From the NCBI GenBank assembly GCA_959596915.1, contig CAUFXJ010000010.1, positions 34,740-98,739 on the forward strand: a stretch of 64,000 bases of DNA. The letters run 5' to 3'. Below, piece after piece: positions 40,949 through 51,354 of this stretch. Below the pieces are notes generated by a model. The model searched no databases, was not told the origin of the DNA, and saw only the letters and a program-made list of their open reading frames with translations. The position numbers and the translations under genes were made by a program. The stretch comes from Segatella copri (GTDB lineage: Bacteria; Bacteroidota; Bacteroidia; Bacteroidales; Bacteroidaceae). Numbering within the stretch: the stretch's first letter is position 1; each line of letters starts with the position of its first letter.

Positions 40949-41572
40949 TTAGATTTTCAAGCCTGAGAAGCAAAGCATAGCCATTGCCATGAGGCCTACT
41001 GTGATAAATGTGATGCCGAGTCCCTGCAATGGCTTTGGCACGTCGCAATACTGCATCTTCTCGCGGATGGCTCCCATCAGGACGATGGCGAGAGTCCAAC
41101 CCAGACCGGAACCTACTGCATAAACGATGCTATCCCATACAGAGGTGATAGCCTGAGTATTGGCAGGATCCATCAGGATGCGCTGCTGCATGAAGAGCGA
41201 TGCACCCATGATGGCACAGTTTACGGCAATCAATGGCAGGAAGATACCCAGCGCTGCATAGAGCGATGGTGAGAACTTCTCTACAATCATCTCTACCAGC
41301 TGCACGATACCGGCGATGACGGCGATGAAGAGGATGAAGCTCAGGTATGTGAGGTCAACACCCAGGATTCCATCGGCGCTGAGCACCTTGGTCTGCAACA
41401 GGTAATCTACAGGCACGGTGATGAGCAACACGAAGGTTACTGCCAAGCCCAGGCCCAAAGAGGTCTTCACGTTCTTGGATACTGCCAAGTATGAACACAT
41501 ACCCAGGAAGTAGGCGAAGATCATGTTATCGACGAAAATCGAACGGAAAAACAAACTTATTGCGTGCTCCAT
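40949..41572 (-). CDS. nqrE: Na+-translocating NADH-quinone reductase subunit E
   Basis: ~200 aa, 6-TM NqrDE/RnfAE family. Position in the operon. Confidence 0.85.
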   Translation of the reverse strand: MEHAISLFFRSIFVDNMIFAYFLGMCSYLAVSKNVKTSLGLGLAVTFVLLITVPVDYLLQTKVLSADGILGVDLTYLSFILFIAVIAGIVQLVEMIVEKFSPSLYAALGIFLPLIAVNCAIMGASLFMQQRILMDPANTQAITSVWDSIVYAVGSGLGWTLAIVLMGAIREKMQYCDVPKPLQGLGITFITVGLMAMAMLCFSGLKI

Positions 41573-41573
41573 C

Positions 41574-42200
41574 TTACTTCTCCTCCTTATAAATATAGGC
41601 ACGATGTACCCAGATTACACATCCAACGAGAATCAATGCCATGGCTGGCATGGTCATCATACCGTTGTTAACATATCCAAAGTTGTAAGCTCCCTCCGGT
41701 ATCAGCTGGAAACCGAGCAATGAGCCGCGGCCCAGGAACTCACGAACAGCACCCATAATCACGAGGATGAGGGCGTAACCCAAACCATTACCTACACCAT
41801 CGAGGAATGATGGCCAAGGCTTGTTCATCATGGCGAACGCCTCCAAACGACCCATCAGGATACAGTTGGTGATGATAAGACCCACGTACACTGAGAGCTG
41901 CACGCTCACGTCGTAGGCAAAAGCCTTCAGCACCTGGCTCACGATGGTAACCAGGGCAGCAACTACCACCAGCTGAACGATGATACGGATGCGCTGAGGG
42001 ATGGTGTTGCGGATGATGGAAATAATCACGTTAGAGAATGCCGTGATGATAGTAACGGCAAGTCCCATCACAATGGCTGGCTTCAGCTGGGAAGTAACAG
42101 CCAGGGCACTACAGATACCAAGCACCTGGACGAGGATAGGGTTGTCACCGTTCAGTGGCTTGATGAATGCCTCCTTATTTTGTTTACTAAATAATGCCAT
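41574..42200 (-). CDS. nqrD: Na+-translocating NADH-quinone reductase subunit D
   Basis: ~208 aa NqrDE/RnfAE family membrane protein. Confidence 0.85.
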   Translation of the reverse strand: MALFSKQNKEAFIKPLNGDNPILVQVLGICSALAVTSQLKPAIVMGLAVTIITAFSNVIISIIRNTIPQRIRIIVQLVVVAALVTIVSQVLKAFAYDVSVQLSVYVGLIITNCILMGRLEAFAMMNKPWPSFLDGVGNGLGYALILVIMGAVREFLGRGSLLGFQLIPEGAYNFGYVNNGMMTMPAMALILVGCVIWVHRAYIYKEEK

Positions 42201-42212
42201 AATTTCGCTTAA

Positions 42213-42815
42213 TTATTTAATGAATTTAGCAAGACCTTCCTTGAGCATGGCATCCACACCGTTGGATGTCAATGTAGCACCGGTAACGGCATCCACATTG
42301 TTAGGGTCGCTGGCAGGAGCGTCTTTCTCTACGCCCAGAGCGATGCCCTCTACTCCATCCTTGTGAATCTTCTTGCCCTGGAACTTCTGCTGCCACTTCA
42401 GGTTGTCCTTGATTTCAGCACCCAGTCCGGCTGTCTCGCCTTCGTGGTTGAAATATACGCCATAGATGGTGTTGTTGTCGGCATCCACGGCGATGAAGCC
42501 TGAAATGCCGCCCCAGAGACCCATACCCTTTACAGAGTAAACGGTCTTCTTCTGACCATCAATCTCGCACTCGTAATACTTCATGCCGTCCTTCTCCTTC
42601 TCGTCCTTCACCACCTCTTTATATTTGGCAGCCGCAGTAGCGTTGTCAAGGTCGCGCAGGTTCAGAGAGTTTAGAATCTGCTTCTGAGTATCAAGAGCCA
42701 CGTTGGCATCCTGTTTTGTCTTCAGCGAAGAAGACACGAACGCGAGCAGGAATGCCACGATTACCACGATGATAACCGAATAGATAATAGTATAGCTATT
42801 TGAATTTGTCTTCAT
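42213..42815 (-). CDS. nqrC: Na+-translocating NADH-quinone reductase subunit C
   Basis: Single N-terminal TM plus an FMN-binding domain (..SGATLTS..). Confidence 0.85.
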   Translation of the reverse strand: MKTNSNSYTIIYSVIIVVIVAFLLAFVSSSLKTKQDANVALDTQKQILNSLNLRDLDNATAAAKYKEVVKDEKEKDGMKYYECEIDGQKKTVYSVKGMGLWGGISGFIAVDADNNTIYGVYFNHEGETAGLGAEIKDNLKWQQKFQGKKIHKDGVEGIALGVEKDAPASDPNNVDAVTGATLTSNGVDAMLKEGLAKFIK

Positions 42816-42833
42816 ATCTACATTCCTCCTACA

Positions 42834-43991
42834 TTATTTAATAGCACGTTTAGCACGGCGAGAGATGTTGCTCTGAACTACACAGTAGTCGATAAGTGGA
42901 GCAAACATGTTGCCGAAGAAGATAGCGAGCATCATACCCTCTGGATAACCTGGGTTCATCACACGTACGATAACGGCGATGGCTCCGATGATGAATCCGT
43001 AGAAGTACTTACCCTTCTCAGTACGGGCTGAGGTTACAGGGTCGGTAGCCATGAATACGGCACCGAAGCAGAAACCACCGAGAACGATGTGCTCATACCA
43101 GGCGATAGGTGTCATGCCGAGAGCCTGGAAGATAAGCGCCATCACGATGCCGCCTGCGAATACGCTGCCCATGGTCTTCCAGGATGCGATGCCTGTCCAG
43201 AGAAGGATGATGGCACCGATGGCGATGGCGATGACTGAAGTCTCACCGATACAGCCAGGAATGAAACCGATGATAGAATCGCAGAGACTAGCTGAAGGCA
43301 TGCTGCCCTGAGCCAGCTGACCGAGAGGAGTAGCAGCTGTGAAGCCATCAGGCAGGGTGTTACCCAGGCCGAAGATAGCATCCTTAGCCACCCAGACCTT
43401 ATCACCACTCATAGCCAATGGATATGAGAAGAAGAGGAACATACGGGCACCCACAGCCACATTGAAGATGTTCATACCTGTACCACCAAAGATCTCCTTG
43501 CAGAAGATAACTGCGAAGGCGCACGCCAGGGCGAGCATCCACAGCGGTGTAGAGATAGGAATGATCAATGGGATGATGATACCGCTGACGAGGTAACCCT
43601 CCTGGATTTCCTCGTGCTTCCACTGAGCCCAGGCAAACTCGATGCCGAGACCCACGATGTAGCTAACCAGCAACTTAGGGAGGACAGCCAGGAATCCGAA
43701 GCCGAAGACCTCGATGAAGCTGGCAGCATCCAGTGTACCTGCAGCCTTGAAATTCTGGTATCCCACATTATACATACCGAAGAGCAAAGCAGGAATCAGG
43801 GCGATTACCACAAAGCTCATGATGCGCTTCGAGTCGATTGAATCGTGGATGCTGGCTCCGCTCTTCGCTGTCGTATTAGGCACGTACAGGAAGCTCTCAA
43901 AACCGTCAAACACGCTCTCGAAGGCATGCAGCTTACCTCCCTTCTGGAAGTTAGGCTTTATCTTATTGAGATAATTTCTTAATGCACTCAT
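42834..43991 (-). CDS. nqrB: Na+-translocating NADH-quinone reductase subunit B
   Basis: ~385 aa polytopic NqrB/RnfD family. Confidence 0.85.
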   Translation of the reverse strand: MSALRNYLNKIKPNFQKGGKLHAFESVFDGFESFLYVPNTTAKSGASIHDSIDSKRIMSFVVIALIPALLFGMYNVGYQNFKAAGTLDAASFIEVFGFGFLAVLPKLLVSYIVGLGIEFAWAQWKHEEIQEGYLVSGIIIPLIIPISTPLWMLALACAFAVIFCKEIFGGTGMNIFNVAVGARMFLFFSYPLAMSGDKVWVAKDAIFGLGNTLPDGFTAATPLGQLAQGSMPSASLCDSIIGFIPGCIGETSVIAIAIGAIILLWTGIASWKTMGSVFAGGIVMALIFQALGMTPIAWYEHIVLGGFCFGAVFMATDPVTSARTEKGKYFYGFIIGAIAVIVRVMNPGYPEGMMLAIFFGNMFAPLIDYCVVQSNISRRAKRAIK

Positions 43992-44017
43992 TATTTAAAT
44001 AATTAATAGTACTAAAA

Positions 44018-45373
44018 CTAAGCGTTCTCCTTGCGCAGGGTATTCAAGCCCTCGCGTACAATCTTCTGCAATTCGAGCTTAGATGAATCCACGAACTCAG
44101 CCACAGCAAAATCTTCAGGACTTACCTCGTAGATACCGAGCTGCTCCTGCTTGTCGATATCGCCGGCGATGATTGCCTTGATGAGATACTCACCATAGAT
44201 GTCCATCGGGAGCACCTTGTCATACTCGCCGCTCATGATCATGTGGCGCTCGCCACCCTTCACGCGGGCATCGAGATTATACTCCTTCTTCTTGCCGAAG
44301 AGCCAGGAGAGATATGAACGCGATGTAGAGAACTGATCGGTACGTGGAAGAATCCAACCCAGCATCTCGTCGTTGTCATCACCCTCTGGGATGGCTGTAA
44401 TCTCTGATGTATGACCACCTACGAAATCGGCTGTAGTTGTCTTTACACCGGTAAGAGGATTACCATTGATAAGTCGCACATGGTCAGTAGCTTTCAGCTG
44501 ATTGGCTACAAAACTGCTTAAAGGTGTACCTACCAATACTTCAGCATAGCCAGGAGTCTTGATTTCACTACCAGCCACAGCTACTGTCTTGTGCAAATCA
44601 ACCTTACCTGTCAGGAAGAGTCTTCCGAAGAAGATAACCGATGCTGGATCTACTGTCCAAACCACCTCGCCCTTGTTTACAGGGTCGATGTTGTTCACCT
44701 GTACGCCTACATTACCTGCCGGACAAGGACCGTCGAATACATTGAGTTCTACGTTCTTAGCCTCGCCGAGCGCATTGCTGTGCTGGTCAACGCCAACACC
44801 AAGATAAGTTTTCGCAATCTTGCTCAAGGCTGTCAAACCCGTCTGGAAAGCCTCTTCGTTGCCTTCGAGTTCTACCTCAAAGTCGGCTGCGAGCGGCATG
44901 TCGCGGAGGGCAGAAACGAAAATTGCCTTAGGCTTGGTGTCGGGAGTTGTGGACACAGCATAAGGCAACTGGTTGATGTATCCGAAGAGACCAGCCTCAA
45001 GCAGCGCCTGCTTGACAGCCTCACCGTCTAACGCATCAACGTTTTTCTTACCAAAATCCATAGAGGTCTGTACTGCGTCGGCCTTCACCTTCACGCAGAG
45101 CACCTTTCGGCGCTCACCTCTCTCAATGGCGGTTACTTCTCCGCTCACTGGCGAGGCAAACTTCACCTCCGGGCAAGCCTTGTTCACAAACAAGGCATCT
45201 CCGGCATTGACATGATCGCCCTCGCGTACCACTACCTTAGGAGTCACACCCACGAAAGCCGCAGGAACCAGCGCATACTCGCCAGCCTGAGCCACCTGGA
45301 GCGTTACATCCTTGGAAGCCTTACCCGTAAGGTTAATGTCCAAGCCTTTACGTAACTTAATTACATTTGCCAT
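44018..45373 (-). CDS. nqrA: Na+-translocating NADH-quinone reductase subunit A
   Basis: ~451 aa soluble NqrA. First gene of the operon. Confidence 0.85.
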   Translation of the reverse strand: MANVIKLRKGLDINLTGKASKDVTLQVAQAGEYALVPAAFVGVTPKVVVREGDHVNAGDALFVNKACPEVKFASPVSGEVTAIERGERRKVLCVKVKADAVQTSMDFGKKNVDALDGEAVKQALLEAGLFGYINQLPYAVSTTPDTKPKAIFVSALRDMPLAADFEVELEGNEEAFQTGLTALSKIAKTYLGVGVDQHSNALGEAKNVELNVFDGPCPAGNVGVQVNNIDPVNKGEVVWTVDPASVIFFGRLFLTGKVDLHKTVAVAGSEIKTPGYAEVLVGTPLSSFVANQLKATDHVRLINGNPLTGVKTTTADFVGGHTSEITAIPEGDDNDEMLGWILPRTDQFSTSRSYLSWLFGKKKEYNLDARVKGGERHMIMSGEYDKVLPMDIYGEYLIKAIIAGDIDKQEQLGIYEVSPEDFAVAEFVDSSKLELQKIVREGLNTLRKENA

Positions 45374-45705
45374 AACTACATTAAAAAATATTATATATAA
45401 ACTTACTAATCACTTCAAGATATATGCGTCAGCGCCCTCATCAAGACGCTATCCTGGCTATCTGCCATAAAACATATATTTTATCTACTTCTATGCTGAA
45501 ACTTCTAAACGTGCTGCAAAAATAGTGAAAAAAAGTGATATAAAAAAGAAAAATTGTGTGAATTATTCGATTTTATGCCGATTTTTCAGTAATTTTGTCG
45601 CAAAATTCAAATTAGTAACATTTTTGTAAACTAGAGAAAGCAACTCTGAAACATTTAAAACATATCATCAATAGCATTATATGGACGCTGGCTGCTGTCT
45701 ATTTC

Positions 45706-48700
45706 TTGCTTGTCGTACTGTTGCACGTGCCACCAGTACAGGCCTTCATCGGCTCTGAAGTAGCCGGTGCACTGGCTCAGAAATTCGGCACTCAGGTAAG
45801 TATCGGAAAGGTGAACCTGGGCTTCTTCAACCGCATTATCATAGATGACGTGATGATGCTCGACCAGAAAGGCGACAGCATGATCTGTGCTTCGCGCGTA
45901 TCGGCAAAGCTCGATTTCCTGCCTTTGAAGGATGGCAAGATTTCGGTTTCATCTGCCCAGCTATTCGGGCTCAACGCCAACATCTACAAGCAGGATGCCA
46001 AGAGCCCGATGAACATCCAGTTCGTGCTCGATTCGCTGGCTTCGAAAGATACCACCCGCCATACTCCGCTCGACCTGCACATCGGAAGCCTGATTATCCG
46101 TCATGGTGCCGTTGCCTACAACCAGCGCGATATTGCGCCTAAGCCGGGCGTCTTTTCGCCGCAGCATCTGGGCATCACCGACCTCTCTGCCCACATTATT
46201 CTGGGCCATCTCACCGACAAGGATATCCATCTGGCTGTCAAGAAGATAGCGCTGAAAGATGAATCAGGACTTCAACTCAGGAATCTGAGATTCAAACTCG
46301 ATGCCGACCAGCAGCAAGCCCAGCTCAGAGACTTCAGCATCGAGCTTCCTCATTCGCAATTGCAGTTTGATGACCTGCGCGCTACCTACCGCATCGAGAA
46401 CAAGCATATCGTAAAGCCTACACTCCAGTTTCAGGGCGGCATCAAGCCATCCGTCATCACGCTTGCCGATATTGCCTGCTTCGTGCCTGAACTCCGCAAG
46501 TTCAAGGATGCCCTGCAGCTTCATCTCCAGTTTTCGGGCACCAGTACATCTGCCCGCATCCATAACCTCGAATTCAAGACTCAGAGCGGCAGTCTGCTGC
46601 TCAGGGCTAACGGCCGTGTGAGCGATTGGGACCGCCTTCTGCGCTGGAAGGCAAACATCTCAGCCCTCAAGATATCAGGCGATGGCATCGGAGAGGTTTC
46701 CAGAAATCTGGGCAAACGCATCAGCATTCCGAAAGAAGTGCTGCGCCTGGGCGACATATATTATATAGGTGAAGTATATGGTGCAGGCAAGAACGTAGGC
46801 ACCCGCGGCCAGCTGAAGACCGGCGTGGGCGAAGTAGCCATCAAGGCCGAAAAGGCTGGCTCCGAGCTCAAGGCTAGCATCAACACCCAGGGCATCAACC
46901 TGGGCCGAATCCTCGACAACGGGCAGTTCGGCATCCTGGCAGCATCGCTTTCGGCTCACGGCAACAAGCAGCATTTCTATGCCAAGGGCAGCATTCCGCG
47001 CTTCGATTTCAACAAGTACAGCTACCGCAACATTCAGATAGACGGCAGCTATAACCGGGGATTGCTCGAAGGACTCGCATCCATCGCCGACCCTAACGCC
47101 AACATCCAGGTAGAAGGCTCCTACTCCATCCCGCGCAAGCAGTATGCCGCAACAGCCCATGTACAGCATCTGCTGCCAACCATCCTGGGACTGAAGGTAG
47201 CCGACAAGACCTACAGTCTCAATGACATCACCGTAAGCGCCAAGAACCAGGGCAAGGACAGCTATTTCGACCTCGAAGCCCCGTTCGCCAGCATCCATGT
47301 TGACGGAGAGTACGATTACGCTACCCTCACCAAGAGCTTCACCAACCTGGTAGCCAGCAAACTGCCTACCCTTCCGGGCATCGGCAAGGTAGACAGGAGT
47401 GCGAAGAACCATTTCACCTTCCAGGCAGAAATCACCTCTACCGAGATTCTGCAGCGCATGCTGGGCATTCCGCTGAAGATAGAGCAGCCCGTCTTTGCCG
47501 ATGGATTCATGAACGATGCCGAGAAAACCGTCAACATCTATGCCAGCGTGCCTGACTTCAGCTATGGCGCAAAAGACTATCATGGCGTCAAAGTGCGACT
47601 GCATACCATCAACGATTCGCTCAAGGTAGATGCGCAGATCAGACAGGGCAAATGGGGAGATAACGGACCGGGCATCCACGTAAAGGCAGCCGCTGCCGAC
47701 AACCAGCTCTTCGCCAAGCTCTTCTACAACAACCATTCGGCTAAGCTCCCTATCCAGGGCATCATCGATACGAGGGCGCAGTTCTTCAAGAACGAAAATC
47801 AGGTTTCTACCGCCCACGTAACCATACACCCGTCTGAAATCAGAATCGACGGCACGCCGTGGGAGGTTCATCCTGCCGACATCATCTACAGCAAGAACCG
47901 CCTGCTGGTAGACCATTTCGCCGTGAGCCACGACCAGCAGCACGTCATCGTTTCCGGTCTTGCTACACCCGAGAAGGCCGATTCTATCGTAGCCGACCTG
48001 AAGGATGTGGATGTGGCATACGTGCTGAACCTCGTCAATTTCCATTCGGTAGATTTCACCGGCAAGGCTTCGGGCAAGGCTATCATCAAGAGCCTCTTCA
48101 ACGACCCTGATGCCTACGCCCAGCTAGACGTGAAGGAGTTTACCTTCGAAAACGGTCCGCTCGGTGTGCTCCATGCTGGTGTCAACTTCAACAAGGAGCT
48201 CGAACAGATTGATATTCATGCAGTTGCCGATGATGGTCCGGAGCATCAGACGCTCATCAACGGATACGTCTCGCCTAAGCGCAACTATATCGACCTGGGT
48301 ATCGATGCCCAGGGCACCAGCATGAAATTCCTCGAGAATTTCTGCGGCAGTTTCATGAACCAGGTAGAAGCCTGGGGCGATGGCCATCTCAATGTGGTGG
48401 GCGATTTGAAGAACATCAATCTCGTGGGCGACCTTACCGCTCACGGCAAGGTGCACCTCAAGCAGCTCAACACCGATTATACCTTCGATGCGCTCCATGC
48501 CCACGCTATCCCAGATGATATCCTCATAGAGAATGATACCATCTTCGACCGCAACCGCAACATAGCCATCCTGAGCGGAGGCATCCACCACAAGCACCTC
48601 ACCAGGCTGAGCTACGACCTCGATATCAAGGCGCACAACTTCCTGGGCTTCGATACCCGCGAGTTTGGCGACAACACCTTCTATGGCACCATCTATGCCA

Positions 48701-49926
48701 CGGGCGAGGTAGGCATCCACGGCAAGAGCGGCGAAACCATCATTGATATCAACGCCGAACCCGAACCGGGCAGCATCTTTGTATATAATGTGGCAAGTCC
48801 GGACGCCATCAGCGACAAGAGCTTTATCCACTGGCACGAGATTGTGCCGGATATCATGGACAGCCTGAACGGGGCTCCAACCACGAAACAGAGAGAGGAT
48901 GACATCGATTTCGAATCGGATATGCGCATCAACTTCCTCGTAAACACCAACCAGAACCTCACGCTCAAGCTGATCATGGACGAGCAGTCGGGCGATTACA
49001 TCACCCTGAACGGAGATGGCGTAATTCGCGCCAACTACTTCAACAAGGGCTCGTTCGACATGTTTGGCAACTATGTGGTAGACCACGGCACCTACAAGCT
49101 CACCATCCAGAATCTCATCAAGAAGGAGTTCGAGTTTATGCCGGGCGGCACCATCGCCTTCGGTGGCAACCCATACAACGCCCCTCTCAACCTGCGGGCT
49201 AAATATACCGTAAACGGAGTGCCGCTGAGCGACCTGCGCATCGGCCGTTCGTTCTCGGGCAACAACATCCGCGTAGACTGCCTGATGGACATCACCGGCA
49301 CGCCTCAATCGCCAAAGGTAGATTTCTCTATGGACCTGCCTACGGTTAACAGCGATGCGAAGCAGATGATCTACTCTATCATCAATTCGCAGGAAGAGAT
49401 GAACCAGCAGGTGCTCTATCTCTTGGGCATCGGCCGGTTCTACGCCCAGACCAACAATAACCAGGTGAGCGAGGATGGCGAACAGCAGAGTCAGACTTCG
49501 CTGGCGATGCAGAGCCTGCTGAGCGGCACCATCTCGCAGCAGCTGAACACCGTACTTTCCAACGTGGTGAAGAGCAACAACTGGAATTTCGGTGCCAACA
49601 TATCTACGGGCGATGAAGGTTTCAACAATGCCGAATATGAGGGCATTCTGAGTGGCAAGCTGCTCAACAACCGGTTACTCTTCAATGGCCAGTTCGGTTA
49701 TCGCGACAATCCGAATGCCACGCAGAGTTTCATCGGTGATTTTGACCTCCGCTACCTCATCTTCCCTAACGGCAACCTTGCCATACGCATGTACAATCAG
49801 ACCAACGACCGCTATTTTACGCGCAACAGTCTGAACACGCAGGGTCTCGGTCTCATCATGAAGAAAGACTTCAACGGCCTCCGCGATTTCTTCGGCATCA
49901 AAAAGAAGAAGAAGAAAAAGAAATAA
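45706..49926 (+). CDS. tamB: translocation and assembly module protein TamB (DUF490/AsmA-like giant beta-rich protein)
   Basis: 1406 aa. The N-terminal hydrophobic anchor begins upstream of the called TTG. Repetitive beta-rich body and a C-terminal DUF490-like segment. Confidence 0.75.
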   Translation: MLVVLLHVPPVQAFIGSEVAGALAQKFGTQVSIGKVNLGFFNRIIIDDVMMLDQKGDSMICASRVSAKLDFLPLKDGKISVSSAQLFGLNANIYKQDAKSPMNIQFVLDSLASKDTTRHTPLDLHIGSLIIRHGAVAYNQRDIAPKPGVFSPQHLGITDLSAHIILGHLTDKDIHLAVKKIALKDESGLQLRNLRFKLDADQQQAQLRDFSIELPHSQLQFDDLRATYRIENKHIVKPTLQFQGGIKPSVITLADIACFVPELRKFKDALQLHLQFSGTSTSARIHNLEFKTQSGSLLLRANGRVSDWDRLLRWKANISALKISGDGIGEVSRNLGKRISIPKEVLRLGDIYYIGEVYGAGKNVGTRGQLKTGVGEVAIKAEKAGSELKASINTQGINLGRILDNGQFGILAASLSAHGNKQHFYAKGSIPRFDFNKYSYRNIQIDGSYNRGLLEGLASIADPNANIQVEGSYSIPRKQYAATAHVQHLLPTILGLKVADKTYSLNDITVSAKNQGKDSYFDLEAPFASIHVDGEYDYATLTKSFTNLVASKLPTLPGIGKVDRSAKNHFTFQAEITSTEILQRMLGIPLKIEQPVFADGFMNDAEKTVNIYASVPDFSYGAKDYHGVKVRLHTINDSLKVDAQIRQGKWGDNGPGIHVKAAAADNQLFAKLFYNNHSAKLPIQGIIDTRAQFFKNENQVSTAHVTIHPSEIRIDGTPWEVHPADIIYSKNRLLVDHFAVSHDQQHVIVSGLATPEKADSIVADLKDVDVAYVLNLVNFHSVDFTGKASGKAIIKSLFNDPDAYAQLDVKEFTFENGPLGVLHAGVNFNKELEQIDIHAVADDGPEHQTLINGYVSPKRNYIDLGIDAQGTSMKFLENFCGSFMNQVEAWGDGHLNVVGDLKNINLVGDLTAHGKVHLKQLNTDYTFDALHAHAIPDDILIENDTIFDRNRNIAILSGGIHHKHLTRLSYDLDIKAHNFLGFDTREFGDNTFYGTIYATGEVGIHGKSGETIIDINAEPEPGSIFVYNVASPDAISDKSFIHWHEIVPDIMDSLNGAPTTKQREDDIDFESDMRINFLVNTNQNLTLKLIMDEQSGDYITLNGDGVIRANYFNKGSFDMFGNYVVDHGTYKLTIQNLIKKEFEFMPGGTIAFGGNPYNAPLNLRAKYTVNGVPLSDLRIGRSFSGNNIRVDCLMDITGTPQSPKVDFSMDLPTVNSDAKQMIYSIINSQEEMNQQVLYLLGIGRFYAQTNNNQVSEDGEQQSQTSLAMQSLLSGTISQQLNTVLSNVVKSNNWNFGANISTGDEGFNNAEYEGILSGKLLNNRLLFNGQFGYRDNPNATQSFIGDFDLRYLIFPNGNLAIRMYNQTNDRYFTRNSLNTQGLGLIMKKDFNGLRDFFGIKKKKKKKK

Positions 49927-49931
49927 AAGCC

Positions 49932-49978
49932 AAAAAGAGGGTGTGTCATAACCAGATGACTCACCCTCTTTTTATTTT
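49932..49978 (+). terminator. terminator hairpin of the 'aaaaagagggtgtgtcata..tgactcaccctcttttt' family
   Basis: Long inverted repeat plus T-run 6 bp after the tamB stop. Confidence 0.8.
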
Positions 49979-50182
49979 CAGATAGCAGTCGCCTAATATG
50001 AGTCCAGTTAAGATTGTGTACGAACTCGTACGCTTTTCCAAAATCAGGAAACAGAATATAGAAATTCCGATAATGTTAGAGATTGTTGAATGTTGAGTGG
50101 TCTATATGCCACGATGAAAAGGTGGCGTATAGACCCTTGATTATATGGTGATATTCGTAATCTACATCTCCGCTTTCTGTTT

Positions 50183-50269
50183 TTTATGAATTGCTCAGAT
50201 TCTTAATGATATCTAAAGGCAGCTGGGTAGCCTTGGCAACCTGTTCGGCTGAAAGTCCCATTGCCAGCA
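50183..50269 (-). pseudogene. 29-codon remnant of an Rpn-family gene 3' end
   Basis: Translates to NMLAMGLSAEQVAKATQLPLDIIKNLSNS*. This parallels the intact neighbour's C-terminus NMLADGVDINQIMKYSGLTQEQIEKLK*. Confidence 0.55.
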
Positions 50270-50287
50270 TATTCTTAGCTATTAAGC

Positions 50288-50327
50288 AAATTCCCCCATC
50301 CTGCTTTTGATGGCAGGATGGGGGAAT
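50288..50327. terminator. perfect 16-bp stem / 8-nt loop hairpin (aattcccccatcctgc-ttttgatg-gcaggatgggggaatt)
   Basis: Read directly. Lies between the Rpn gene stop and the Rpn remnant. Confidence 0.7.
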
Positions 50328-50355
50328 TCTTATCTGTTACCTCTAAGATAATATC

Positions 50356-51264
50356 TTATTTCAATTTTTCTATCTGTTCCTGGGTAAGACCGGAATACTT
50401 CATAATCTGATTGATGTCAACGCCATCAGCAAGCATGTTCCTGGCAATATCAAGGCTTCGCTGGTTCATACCTTCAGCTCTACCCTTTTCCAAGCCTTCC
50501 TTCATTCCCTTTTCCATACCTTCAGCTATACCTTCACGCTTAGCAGTGTCTACGGAATTCTTGATGTCGCGATATGCCATCTTGCTGGTCTCGTACTCCC
50601 TCATTTCCTGAGGAGTAAACTTGGCTATCTCGGCTTCCTCGAAGAGGCGGTCGAAGACTTTGTCGCACAGCTCCTTCGGACGCTGGGTAAGCTTATAGAG
50701 GTTCTTCAGAGCATAGAGCCACTTCTCGTAGAGCGTATCCAGTTCTTCCAGGGGTTTGTTGAACTTGGAAATCTCTACATAGATATATTCGAGCTTGTCG
50801 TAAAATACTTTGTGGGTAGCTGTGTCGCACAACTGCACATGATGGCGGATTTTCTCCTTGTCGAAGGCGTCCTCGTTCATGCTGAAGTTGAGCAGGGCTA
50901 CGGTATAGACATGATTGAGCTTGAAATCCCAGTCATTCCCCTTAGGTGCCTGCTCACGGATAGGAAAGGTTGAGTAGAAAAGGGCGCGATCCTTGAAATA
51001 CGTCTGGTAGGCATTCTGCATTTCTACGATGAACTTCTCGCCGTTTTCGCCCTCGCAATATACATCAAAGATGGCTCTTCGGTCGGTATATACATCTCCC
51101 ACGTGCTCCGGGTTCAGATACGATACGTCCTTCACAACCTGTTTGCCATTAAACAAGCTGTTGAGGAAGCAAATGAGCAAATCCTTGTTCATTGCTGTTC
51201 CAAAAATTCGCTTGAAACCGAAGTCGGTCAGCAAGCTGATGTATCTTTCTTCTACCTGTTTCAT
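50356..51264 (-). CDS. Rpn-family recombination-promoting nuclease / putative transposase (PD-(D/E)XK, YhgA-like)
   Basis: N-terminus MKQVEERYISLLTDFGFKRIFG, typical of the Rpn/Transposase_31 family. The C-terminal degenerate EGM/EKG repeats are also typical. Confidence 0.75.
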   Translation of the reverse strand: MKQVEERYISLLTDFGFKRIFGTAMNKDLLICFLNSLFNGKQVVKDVSYLNPEHVGDVYTDRRAIFDVYCEGENGEKFIVEMQNAYQTYFKDRALFYSTFPIREQAPKGNDWDFKLNHVYTVALLNFSMNEDAFDKEKIRHHVQLCDTATHKVFYDKLEYIYVEISKFNKPLEELDTLYEKWLYALKNLYKLTQRPKELCDKVFDRLFEEAEIAKFTPQEMREYETSKMAYRDIKNSVDTAKREGIAEGMEKGMKEGLEKGRAEGMNQRSLDIARNMLADGVDINQIMKYSGLTQEQIEKLK

Positions 51265-51354
51265 ACGCTTTATGTTTTTATTTTCTTTTGCAAAGATACG
51301 CTGAATATTTGTAACTTCCAAATTTTTAGGGCTGTTTTTTTCATTGAGGAGTGG

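Noticed and set aside
46675-49308. Two long minus-strand ORFs (456 and 394 aa) inside tamB
   Set aside because: Antisense to a well-supported 1406-aa TamB frame. Their products are low-complexity (V/A/G/L/D-rich) with no motifs, and arise from the GC-rich codon composition of tamB.
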